Both the position numbers and the translations under genes were made by a program. Shown here in pieces: positions 50,801-61,561 of a DNA stretch of 64,000 nucleotides. Origin of the DNA: Macrostomum lignano (Eukaryota); the NCBI GenBank assembly GCA_002269645.1, contig NIVC01000731.1, positions 310,001-374,000 on the forward strand, written 5' to 3'. The notes beneath the pieces are model-generated. The model did no database searches. It was given only the letters and a program-made list of their open reading frames with translations, and had not been told where the DNA came from. The stretch's first letter is position 1, and each line of letters opens with the position of its first letter.

Positions 50801-53800
50801 CTCCGTCTCAGTCTCCAGAGACTCCGAGCCCGAGAACTCCGTCGCCATACACGCCTTCTGCAACGCCCGGAACTTCTACCGTCTGTGAGGAGTGGACCGA
50901 CTGGATCAACCTGGACAACCCGTCTACCGGTGAGGGCGACATCGAGACCATCGACAAGGCCAGAGACCGCTGGCCCGGATTCTGTCCTCAGCCAATCAGC
51001 ATCCAGTGCAGAGACTCCGACAGCAAGAAGGACGTCACCGACATTCCTCAGGAGCTCATCTGCGATGTGAACCAGGGCCTTGTGTGCAAGAACGAGCACC
51101 AGTACCCGACCAAGTGCCTTGACTTCGAGGTCCGCTACTTCTGCGAGTGCTTCGGTAGGTTTCTCTCCGGTTTGGTAATATCTTGAATATTTTTATGATC
51201 AGCTCCTCTTGCCTCATCGTTCTACACCTACTTGACTGCACTGCGCGTTGCACAGCAGAGTTAGGTGTTATTCTTAGGTAGAGGCACGTACAGGTTATTA
51301 GGATAAGCCGTGTTTGTAAACAGTTAACAGCAGAGAGTTATGTATTTGGATCGAGTCGAAACAAGAGAGTTGAAAAGCGTATTGCAGTTGAAGTTGCTCT
51401 TCAAGCGACATCTGCGGGGAATTCAGCAATAGACAATAGCTGTTTAATATTAAGAAGCATTCTAGAATATTCCATACGTGGAAGGTGAATCTGCTTATTA
51501 AATCAGAAGCTAATTTTAACAAAGCGAAATAAACATTACGTAAATATAATTAGAACATTAATACTTAAGTGATAATTAATTATTTACTATTTATATGCGT
51601 ATGTTATAGATTAGCTGCTAAACTCAAAGAAGTTTCTGGAAATAGTTTTTGACTTTTAGAAATCTGAAGACATTTCGGGAAAGTCATAAAGTACGCTACA
51701 ATATAAACACTTGGGATAAGCACTTGGGGGTCTTAGGCATAGATAAAGTATACTTTACTATGGTCTTAGGAGATAAGTTCGCAGTGTGCGATAGACTGAA
51801 GTCAATGTACACCCGCTACTCCACGGTCTCCACCCCCAAAGTTGTTTCTCGTCCCCTCGCAAGTCAACCACCCCATGCAGGCTATCTATGTAGTATAATG
51901 TACATTCCTGCTGACCCTGCCGCCGTTTAAGTGAAGCAAGCAACCTCATTTCTTCCCCCACCATCCCAAATTTATCGATCGCTTCTGACTGCGCGCTGCG
52001 GAATGTTATTCCTTCATCCATGGCGCACCACAGACACTAGAATAACTAGATGGGCTACTCAGCACATTTGCGTGCAAGCTACTTTCAGTTCAGTAGTAAG
52101 TTAAATAGAAACATATTAATGTATTTTTAAAGCCAAGGCTCTTTAACTGGCTATTACCCCCCCCAGCTTAAACCCTCCAACCGCGCTTTTCCACACCACC
52201 CGCCGCCACGCCCCACCCCAATTTTTATTGCCTTTCTCGGAATTCCAGCCTAAAGCTGGCATGTACATTTCAGTTGGACTGGCTGATGCACATTACTGCT
52301 TAACCAATTAGCAAGTTGTTTACGCCTGCAAGCTTGGGCTTCCTAACTTACCAAAGTCATTTTACTAGCCTTTTTTTACATAAAATAGCTTATGCATTCT
52401 TCTTTGCTACTGAACTGAAAGTAGAAAGCTGTTTTACGAGTACTAAGTATGAATTAAAGGCCAGCGAGGTCGTTTGAAAACACAACAGCTGATAACTCGT
52501 AATTTCAACTGTATAAAGCTACATAAGATGATTTTTTACCAAGCAAAAGAAATTTGAATTTCAGAGACGCAGACTCCTTCCGAATCAACAAGGACTCCAA
52601 GCCCGCGAACGCCGTCTCAGTCTCCAGAGACTCCAAGCCCGCGAACGCCGTCTCAGTCTCCAGAGACTCAGAGTCCGAGAACTCCGTCTGAAGCACCGGA
52701 AACTTCGAGCCCAAGAACTCCGTCTCAGTCTCCAGAGACTCCGAGCCCGAGAACTCCGTCTCAGTCTCCAGAGACAGCAAGTCCTCGAACTCCGTCTCAG
52801 TCTCCAGAGACTCCAAGCCCAAGAACTCCGTCTCAGTCTCCAGAGACTCCGAGCCCGAGAACTCCGTCTCAGTCTCCAGAGACAGCAAGTCCGAGAACTC
52901 CGTCTCAGTCTCCAGAGACTCCGAGCCCACGAACTCCGTCTCAGTCTCCAGAGACTCCGAGCCCGAGAACTCCGTCTCAGTCTCCAGAGACTCCGAGCCC
53001 AAGAACTCCGTCTCAGTCTCCAGAGACTCCGAGCCCACGAACTCCGTCTCAGTCTCCAGAGACTCCGAGCCCGAGAACTCCGTCTCAGTCTCCAGAGACA
53101 GCAAGTCCGAGAACTCCGTCTCAGTCTCCAGAGACTCCGAGCCCGAGAACTCCGTCTCAGTCTCCAGAGACTCCGAGCCCACGAACTCCGTCTCAGTCTC
53201 CAGAGACTCCGAGCCCACGAACTCCGTCGCCGTACACACCTTCTGCAACGCCCGGAACTTCTACCGTCTGTGAGGAGTGGACCGACTGGATCAACCTCGA
53301 CAACCCGTCTACCGGTGAGGGCGACATCGAGACCATCGACAAGGCCAGAGACCGCTGGCCCGGATTCTGTCCGCAGCCAATCAGCATCCAGTGCAGAGAC
53401 TCCGACAGCAAGAAGGACGTCACCGACATTCCTCAGGAGCTCATCTGCGATGTGAACCAGGGCCTTGTGTGCAAGAACGAGCACCAGTACCCGACCAAGT
53501 GCCTTGACTTCGAGGTCCGCTACTTCTGCGAGTGCTTTGGTAAGTTTCTCTTGGCTTCAAGGCTATCTGGAACATTTTTGTAATCTGTTTCTCAGACTTT
53601 ATCGTCACTCTCCTTCAAATAGATTGGTTCTACGAGCTTAAACCTATTCGACTGCGGGTTGCGCAGAAAAGTTTGGTTACATTTATAAAAACTACGTACA
53701 ATTTCCTATATTCAAACAGTTAATTTACCTTGCTTAGATAAAAGTAATTTTGTGTTTTACTATCGAATGGAGGCTTAGCTAGAAGGAGAGAGTTATAAAT

Positions 53801-56800
53801 TTTCCAGCTTATCACTGAAATTAAATACCTACTACCCGTATAAACTCGAAAAGGAAAGATTTTAACTTGGTAGAAATATTTTCCTCTTCAGTGAAAGACT
53901 TTGTTTTTAAATTAATATACATATATAAACTAAATAAAGATATATATAAGCTTTCCAAAGCAGTAAAAGTTTCTGCATTGAAGGGTGGTATTTCAATGAG
54001 ATGCAGTTGATAGTTTCTACACAAGTTGTAACCCGGTTGTAACCCGGGTTGTAACCCGGGTCGTTTAAAAACGCTATTTTTAAAAACAAGTTGTAACCCG
54101 GGTCGGTTTGGGTGCCCAGTCCCGAGTACAATATATATTATACGTAAGATACAGGCGTAGTGACGCTCTGTCTGTACTTTTATGGATACGAGCAGGTGTG
54201 ACGACGCTCTGCGATAATAGTTCGATCCCTCTGGTGTTGTGACACTCAGAGTTCACGCTGCGACTCGGGGTGTGGTGACACTCTCGAGTGCTTCTAGTCT
54301 CAATACTCTAGGTTGTACACACTATATAGAATAGACGGTACAGTACTACAAAAAGCTATATGATCTCCCGGCGTTATGACGCTCTGGCAAGAACTCAGCC
54401 TAACAAGCTCCCAGAAAAGAACGAACTCAAGCAGCAGGCGGCTTACCAGTGGCCAAATCGCCGTTCGCACGTTTATTGCTCGTAGGTCTCAAGCGCAGGT
54501 TCGCACGTTTGTTGATTGGCTCTGAGGTCTCAAGCCGGCTTCTAATTTCTTCTCAATTCTCAGACTCTTTTCAAAGACTGACTTCTCAATTGAGCTCTCG
54601 GGTTTCTGTTATCGTAGGTAGCTAATGTCGCTGTTTCTTACTCAAGTCGAGTCTCGCGCTTGCTATCTCGGAGCCCACAAAAACACAAAAAGCGCAAACA
54701 GAACAAACAGAGCGAAGGGCGTGAGCAAGGCCCAGAGCCGCATTAAATAATAATCAAACCCTGGGGCAGATGGCCCCACCGGCTAAGCCCACCCAAACAA
54801 GCTACCCCAACAAAAAAGAGACTGGCCGCGCCGGCCAGCCAATCAAAACCCCGCCTAGTGGGGGAGGGGCCGCACCCGCGCCAAAGCTGGCCCGGCCGCA
54901 GCCAACCAGCCCTGAGCACGGGGCAGGGGCACGGCTGGGGAGGGGCACGCGCAAAGCCCGGCCGGCGGCCAGACCCTGCCACGCCCGCCAACCCCCCCGG
55001 CCCCCAACCAGCCCCAAAGTGCAACGCGCCCTGCCAACTGACAAGGGCGCATGCACTACAAGTACAAAGCTACATACGCTCGTACTCGTACGTTGGAAAG
55101 TTAACAAACACAAGAAATTTTAACTTCAGAGACGCAGACTCCTTCCGAATCAACAAGGACTCCGAGCCCAAGAACTCCGTCTCAGTCTCCAGAGACTCCG
55201 AGCCCGAGAACTCCGTCTCAGTCTCCAGAGACTCCGAGCCCGAGAACTCCGTCTCAGTCTCCAGAAACTCCGAGCCCGAGAACTCCGTCTCAGTCTCCAG
55301 AGACTCCGAGCCCAAGAACTCCGTCTCAGTCTCCAGAGACTCCGAGCCCGAGAACTCCGTCTCAGTCTCCAGAGACAGCAAGTCCGAGAACTCCGTCTCA
55401 GTCTCCAGAGACTCCGAGCCCGAGAACTCCGTCTCAGTCTCCAGAGACTCCGAGCCCAAGAACTCCGTCGCCGTACACGCCTTCGGCAACGCCCGGAACT
55501 TCCACCGTCTGTGAGGAGTGGACCGACTGGATCAACCTGGACAACCCGTCGACCGGTGAAGGCGACATCGAGACCATCGACAAGGCCAGAGACCGCTGGC
55601 CCGGATTCTGTCCTCAGCCAATCAGCATCCAGTGCAGAGACTCCGACAGCAAGAAGGACGTCACCGACATTCCTCAGGAGCTCATCTGCGATGTGAACCA
55701 GGGCCTTGTGTGCAAGAACGAGCACCAGTACCCGACCAAGTGCCTTGACTTCGAGGTCCGCTACTTCTGCGAGTGCTTCGGTACGTACTGCACTACCTGA
55801 TTTTTCTCAGTGCAACTACTGGTACGAACTAATTGGCACTTTTGTCAACAATTCGATCGTTTGTTTCAGAAACGCAGACACCGTCCGTATCAACAAGATC
55901 GCAGAGCCCAAGGACGGTAACACAGGAAACTACAATCGGTAAGCTCATATTTTGATAGGGAAATACGAGCGTAATATTGCTTTATTAATGTTTTTAAAAT
56001 TAACAAATTGCTACCTTTCCTAATTCGTTTCAGTCACGAAGAATAAGGAAGAAAGTAAGGAGCCTGTATATGCTGTTCTTTCATAGTGTTTTTTTCTTGA
56101 GCTGTACATCCTCTGCTAAGCCTATGTCGCTACCTTAAAGCTCTTATAGTCCCTACAGTCCTTAAAAGTCTTTACGTTCGATTTCAACAAAACTTTTTGT
56201 TTGTTTGTCAAGTCTGTTCATACAATATTATCGATTGGGCAATTCATTTCGATACACTGCAGTGGATTGAGATGTGAACTGGGAATTACAAGACAACTAC
56301 GAGCTACATGTACAGTACATGAAAACGTAAACGCGCAAGCTTTAGCTGAGGCTGAAACTCCTATATAAACCGTATAGAAGAAGCACACAACCAAATGGGG
56401 TCATGGTCTCCAGACGAACTCATCTAATCTGATTGTTTCAGCTGGAGAAACGGCCACGACGAAGGAGAGGCCGACGCCACCGACATGGTCCACGCCACCG
56501 CCGGGCGTCTGCCCGGGCGTGAACGACACTTCGCTGTGCCCCGCCCGGTGCCCCGCGCCTCTCATGTGCGACGGTCTGAGCTGCGTTGAAGAGTGCCCAT
56601 GCATTATTGAGGGCCGCAGGATCAAGGTTAGCGCTTTGTGCAGTACAAATGGGTACAATTCCTGAGTTAGTCTCGAGCACAATTTCTTTAGTGTACATGT
56701 AGTATAGGTGCTACGGCCTTGGAACATTTCATGCATACAAAGTTGAGTACTAGGCAACAAAACTTAATGAAACGATATTGTCTTGCAGCCTGGTCACGTG

Positions 56801-58545
56801 ATTAAGACTTCGGACTGTCAGCTGTGCACCTGCATCAGCAACGGCATCTACCATTGCACCCCATTTGTTTGCCCAAGCTGTCCGCCCGGAAAGCAGCTGA
56901 TTAGCTCGGGCCCACCGAGTTGCGAGTGCGAGTGCGAAGAAGGCACTACAGCCGGCGGCAGCACCACAGCCGGCGGCAGCCCCACAGCCGGCGGCAGCAC
57001 CACAGCCGGCGGCAGCACCACATCCAGCGGCAGCACCACAACCGGTGGCAGCACCACCGTCAGCGGCAGCAGCGCCACCACCAGCGCAATCTTTACCACA
57101 AGCAAGGAACCGTCCCTGACGACAACTGGGCCTCGAGGCGTCTGTGTCTACCTCAGCAACCAGACCGAGAATGTCTACAGAGACGCCAACCGGCCAACAG
57201 ACCTGATACAGATTGAACTCGAAATCGGCGACGTCCGCAAGGAGGGCAAGTGCCGCGTTTGCATTTGCTACGAGAGGTCTGGCCAGGAGCCGGAGCTCGT
57301 GTGCAAAGACACCGCCTGTCCGCCTGTCCGTGACTTTGAGTGCGCTGTCCAGTCGCGCGCCCAGCCCGGTGAGTGCTGCCCCCACGTGGAGAAATGCCGC
57401 TGCGAGATTAACTTCCAGGGCAAGTCGATCTACCTGAATGAAGGCGAGACTCACTGGCTGAGCAACTGCCGCGGAGTTCGGTGCGAGCGGAACCCGGATG
57501 ACAAGGACTACTACAACCGAGTGATCGAGGTGGACACGCACAGGTGCTGCATCATTAACGGAACCGAGGTCGCCATCGGTGAGAAAATTCCGTCGCATGA
57601 GAAATGCTACGAGTCCGAGTGCGCCAAGCTGCCCAACGGCGAACTGCGGGTCCAGGAGAAGCAGATCAAGTGCCCGCAAGTGCAGCCCTGCAGGCCGGGC
57701 GAGAAGCCCAAGCCAGACGAGTGCTGCGAGTCGTGCCGCCTGCCATGTAAGTTACTGATGGCTTTATCGGACTCTGAACTTGTAGTGTAGCTGCCGCAAG
57801 GAAACTGCGAGTAAATAGCCTATCAATATTGATGATAATAATAAGCCGTTTGATGTGGCTTAGCTGCCAAGACTTGATCAGAGACATCAGAGAAATTTGC
57901 AATAGGGTGTCCAGTTACGAGGTGCCACCTGTTGAAGGTCCAGAAGCTCCACCTGGGGGAAGGCTTGTGACCAACGAAGTCAGAGCTGGTGCAGAGACAC
58001 ATGTAATGGACGTGCTGATGAAATCTTGAAGCTTGGCAAGGCCTCACTCAGGCGCTTAGCTGATTGGCGCACAGGGGTGTATTGAGTACACTGGCGCTTA
58101 TGGGAACAATCCGACCTGTCAAAATCGTTGAATATCTTGACGGTCCAGAGGCCTATCAACTTGACACGCTCGTACTTGTTTACGTGAAACTTTATTTTCT
58201 CCACAAACCGCACCCTCAGCAATGGACGACTGCACGAACTGTACACTCAAGACCTACTCGCCCCTGCTGAGCACAATCGGCATCTTCAAGGCCAAAGTGA
58301 ACAAGGCCGAATGCGAGAATCGGGAAGTGGTTGAAGATCTTCAATACTGCTCCGGCTACTGCCAGCCCTCAATGGCGGAGTGGGTGCAGGACCTGTACCT
58401 GAACCAGGGCAGCTCGCACTACTGCTGCCAAGCGGTGAGCACTCTGAGCAGGCCCATCAAGCTGACGTGCCCCGACCAGTCAGTGCACACGAGGAACTTC
58501 CGCACAGCCAAGTCCTGCCAATGCCAGCCGTGCAGCGGACCATGA
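23823..58545 (+). CDS. Giant gel-forming mucin / hemolectin-like secreted protein, 29 exons, ~5,808 aa
   Basis: Hand-built exons: 23823-23878, 23985-24010, 25202-25295, 25822-26033, 27577-28222, 28841-29106, 29259-29605, 30484-30747, 31140-31635, 31736-31976, 32106-32402, 32497-34927, 35149-35293, 35374-36093, 36392-36898, 37233-38480, 39112-40158, 40550-41506, 42983-43750, 45162-45848, 46480-47526, 47918-48874, 50351-51154, 52565-53539, 55130-55780, 55870-55938, 56442-56626, 56789-57746, 58220-58545. All introns GT-AG with compatible phases; total 17,427 nt = 5,809 codons. Domains: signal peptide, Sushi+EGF, 3x VWD-C8-TIL (D3 has the MUC2-like GGDCECFC), CysD/WxxW repeats, F5/8C, PTS arrays, VWC-like, C-terminal cystine knot (CSGYC..CC..CQC). 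Confidence 0.88.
24083..24450 (+). repeat. Duplicate of the 3' end of mucin exon 3 plus its donor and GGGTCA minisatellite, inside intron 2
   Basis: CCGCTAAGATCGACTGCGAGGATCAGTACAACCTCTTCCTGTGAGTGGGTCAGGG occurs at both 24083 and 25256. Confidence 0.93.
25124..25137. promoter_or_regulatory. Perfect palindromic RFX X-box GTTGCCATGGCAAC in mucin intron 2
   Basis: Exact 14-bp consensus palindrome; function untested. Confidence 0.45.
25296..25695. repeat. GGGTCA-rich ~20-bp minisatellite (GTGGGTCAGGGATGGGTCAA) in mucin intron 3
   Basis: Starts at the donor GT; interspersed with re-copies of CAA(C/T)CTCTT(C/T)CTGTGAGTGGG. Confidence 0.9.
26150..27547. repeat. 28-bp minisatellite GGACACTCAATGGGAACCTCAATCACCC, ~50 copies, mucin intron 4
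   Basis: Direct reading; begins with 16-bp sub-units GGACACTCAATGACCC. Confidence 0.97.
28436..28663 (+). mobile_element. ~200-bp interspersed repeat, copy 2 (mucin intron 5)
   Basis: High similarity to 3711-3916. Confidence 0.75.
29900..30270. mobile_element. Possible MITE-like relic with inverted CCCCAGAGTCG motif arrays (mucin intron 7)
   Basis: CGCCCCAGAGACGTTTTGAGAGTCG (~29938) is an imperfect inverse of CGACTCTGAAACGACTCTGGGGCG (~30094). No TSD identified. Confidence 0.35.
42040..42472. repeat. 26-bp intronic minisatellite CTGTTCATGGGCTGGCACAGGCCTGT, ~16 copies
   Basis: Direct reading; mucin intron 18. Confidence 0.95.
49408..49840. repeat. Second copy of the 26-bp minisatellite (within the 7.4-kb duplication)
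   Basis: Same unit-variant order as 42040-42472. Confidence 0.95.
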
Positions 58546-58760
58546 AAGGGCGAACAATATCTATTAACAAACTCGCAACCAGCTTTCGCGTGAATGCTAA
58601 CAACTAAATCACAATTGACCCTCCCCGCCGAACACACTGACCCCCCCATGATAGTTGCTATTCTATACTTTCCAAGCTATCAATTATGAGATTCCAAGTA
58701 GTGCCTTCCTACGACTAGATTTGAATACAAAATATTAAATGTGACACATTTTAGTTATTC

Positions 58761-58766
58761 AATAAA
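58761..58766 (+). terminator. Candidate polyadenylation signal AATAAA of the mucin gene
   Basis: Canonical hexamer ~215 nt after the stop, followed by T-rich sequence. Confidence 0.5.
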
Positions 58767-59055
58767 GTTTTGATTAATGCTGATTACAGACAGGTAAGCT
58801 ACTTTCTTGTTTGACGTCTATCTCTTAATTAAATTGTCGAGTCTGGCCACAGATACCAGAATAACTACATGTCACTCGCAATTAAAATTGTGAACCACTA
58901 CAGCGTCTACTCTGTCAGTAGTTTTTCTGCACAGTGTCACTTTAATTTAACGACAGCTAAAATTTCCTTTCCTTCCTCGGGAATTGCGGCCTCAAGAGCA
59001 GATGGGGTTAAGTATGAATTGAACGACTAACTCGATGTATACAAGTGAACGCCTA

Positions 59056-59184
59056 GGGGGCAGGCAGGCCCAATCTAGCTCAGCCAATGAGAGAGCAGCA
59101 AGGAGAGAGGGCTAAGTAAGACGAACAAAACTCACTCTAAGGGGGGCAGGCAGGCCCAATCTAGCTCAGCCAATGAGAGAGCAG
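59056..59184. repeat. 43-bp direct repeat x2, each with two CCAAT boxes
   Basis: GGGGGCAGGCAGGCCCAATCTAGCTCAGCCAATGAGAGAGCAG at ~59056 and ~59142. Confidence 0.85.
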
Positions 59185-60124
59185 AAAGGAAGAGGTCAAA
59201 CTCAGACACAAGCGAGCAAGAGGAAAACCTGTTTATTGACCTGGCTGGGGCTCGCTAACTCGCACACACGCACTGGATTTGGCATTTTCAAGCTTTCCCG
59301 AGAATTGATTTGTTTTTTAAACAATTTCGAGTCTGAGGCAGTCTGCAGTCGGTAAATCAGGTTAAGAAGCTGATTTAATGGGTTTGCGTGTAGAAAGCCA
59401 GAGGCGATTGTTGCAGCTTTATGAACTTTAAATATCTTGTAATTGTATCATATCATTATAAAGGCCAAAAACGCCAACTCTGCTACTAAAGAAAGTAGAT
59501 CAAGCGCATTTTTTTCGAGTGACATGTCTAGATATATTGTTGTATATCTGTGAGTTCGACAAAGAAGTGAAGCCGCAGAAGAGATCTATAAATGCATATC
59601 ACATTAATCGTATTGGTCAGAAGACGCTGACCCAGAGACTGCTATATTTATTTGGTTCTACGCATCAGCATGCGAAGGTCGCGCGGCTCTCACTCGAACT
59701 AAGGAAGCGAAAAACAACGAAACTGCGGTCAATGAAAGGAGCTCAGTGCCTCAGATTTGCACAGGCAGGAAGAACTCATAAGCGAAAGAAAGGCCAGCAG
59801 TGCCGCATCGGTCCAGACAGGTCGAATAAATAAATAATGAAAGAATTTAAGAAACATTAATGAATGAAAACCGAGCTCTCCAGTACATACTAATAACGGA
59901 ATGATGCAATATAAAACCTCATTTAGCTGCATGGCAACTGCAAATATCTCAAACTACGAGTGTAAAGAGTGCACGGCCGCACACAGGCATGAATATGAAT
60001 TTGTAGGCATTGAAAACTAGCTAAGTTTACCATATTCTTAACGCAAAATGACGATCAGCCGCAAGAGCTGCGACCAACAGCTGGTCACTAGATAAAGTTC
60101 ACGATGAAGCTAATTTCAGAGAGG

Positions 60125-61390
60125 AATCAGCATTAGGGATTCAGCATACAGCATTAGGGATTCAGCATACAGCATTAGGGATTCAGCATACAGCATTAGG
60201 GATTCAGCATACAGCATTAGGGATTCAGCATACAGCATTAGGGATTCAGCATACAGCATTAGGGATTCAGTATACAGCATTAGGGATTCAGCATACAACA
60301 TTAGGGATTCAGCACTCAGCATTAGGGATTCAGCATACAGCATTAGGGATTCAGCATACAGCATTCAGCATACAGCATTAGGGATTCAGCATACAGCATT
60401 AGGGATTCAGCACTCAGTATTAGAGATTCAGCATACAGCATTAGGGATTCAGCATACAGCATTAGGGATTCAGCATACAGCATTAGGGATTCAGCACTCA
60501 GTATTAGGGATTCAGCACTCAGCATTAGGGATTCAACATAGAGCATTAGGGATTCAGCACTCAGCATTAGGGATTCAGCATACAGCATTAGGGATTCAGC
60601 ATACAGCATTAGGGATTCAGCATACAGCATTAGGGATTCAGCATACAGCATTAGGGATTCAGCATACAGCATTAGGGATTCAGCACTCAGTATTAGGGAT
60701 TCAGCACTCAGCATTAGGGATTCAACATACAGCATTAGGGATTCAACATACAGCATTAGGGATTCAGCACTCAGCATTAGGGATTCAGCACTCAGCATTA
60801 GGGAATCAGCACTCAGCATTAGGGAATCAGCATACAGCATTAGGGATTCAGCATACAGCATTAGGGATTCAGCATACAGCATTAGGGATTCAGCATACAG
60901 CATTAGGGAATCAGCATACATCATTAGTGATTCAGCATACAGCATTAGGGATTCAGCATACAGCATTAGGGAATCAGCATACAGCATTAGTGATTCAGCA
61001 TACAGCATTAGGGATTCAGCATGCAGCATTAGGGATTCAGCATGCAGCATTAGGGATTCAGCACTCAGCATTAAGGATTCAGCATACAGCATTAGGGATT
61101 CAGCATACAGCATTAGGGATTCAGCATACAACATTAGGGATTCAGTATACAGCATTAGGGATTCAGCATGCAGCATTAGGGATTCAGCACTCAGCATTAA
61201 GGATTCAGCATACAGCATTAGGGATTCAGCATGCAGCATTAAGGATTCAGCATACAGCATTAGGGATTCAGCACTCAGTATTAGGGATTCAGCATACAGC
61301 ATTAGGGATTCAGCATACAGCATTAGTGATTCAGCATACAGCATTAGGGATTCAGCATGCAGCATTAGGGATTCAGCATGCAGCATTAGG
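60125..61390. repeat. 21-bp minisatellite CAGCATTAGGGATTCAGCATA, ~60 copies, contains TTAGGG
   Basis: Direct reading; downstream of the mitoguardin stop. Confidence 0.97.
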
Positions 61391-61561
61391 GTTTAGGACT
61401 AAGTAGGCATTATTCCTGTGCAGAGATTCAGCATTCTAACAAACAGCAGCATGCAATTCAATACCAGAACAGAAGAATCAACAGAGACAGCAGAGAGAAA
61501 GACTCAGAAACAGGAGAACACAAAGGAACATGACGCGGACTAAAACACAGGAAGGGGGAAC

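Larger units (their letters stand above)
38175..52669 (+). repeat. ~7.4-kb near-identical tandem duplication (about 38175-45264 and 45543-52669) inside the mucin gene
   Basis: Constant offset of 7,368 for exons and introns (39112/46480, 40550/47918, 42983/50351), becoming 7,403-7,405 after one extra 36-bp unit and homopolymer differences. Confidence 0.95.
36392..55780 (+). repeat. Coding PTS arrays: 36-bp unit (SQSPETPSPRTP, ~110 copies over 9 exons) and 30-bp unit (RVPEESTTSP, ~19 copies in each of 2 exons)
   Basis: Counted from exon lengths: 4, 9, 19, 12, 9, 19, 13, 17 and 8 units of 36 bp. Confidence 0.92.

Noticed and set aside
23823-58545. Identification as a described flatworm adhesive protein (ap1/ap2 type)
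   Set aside because: As I recall their architectures, those have Lys/Arg-rich repeats with a C-type lectin, or TSP1 domains with very long repeats. This gene has CysD, F5/8C and a cystine knot, so no symbol was assigned.
60116-61406. (MLYAESL)n 347-aa ORF
   Set aside because: Translation of the 21-bp minisatellite; no splice or start context.
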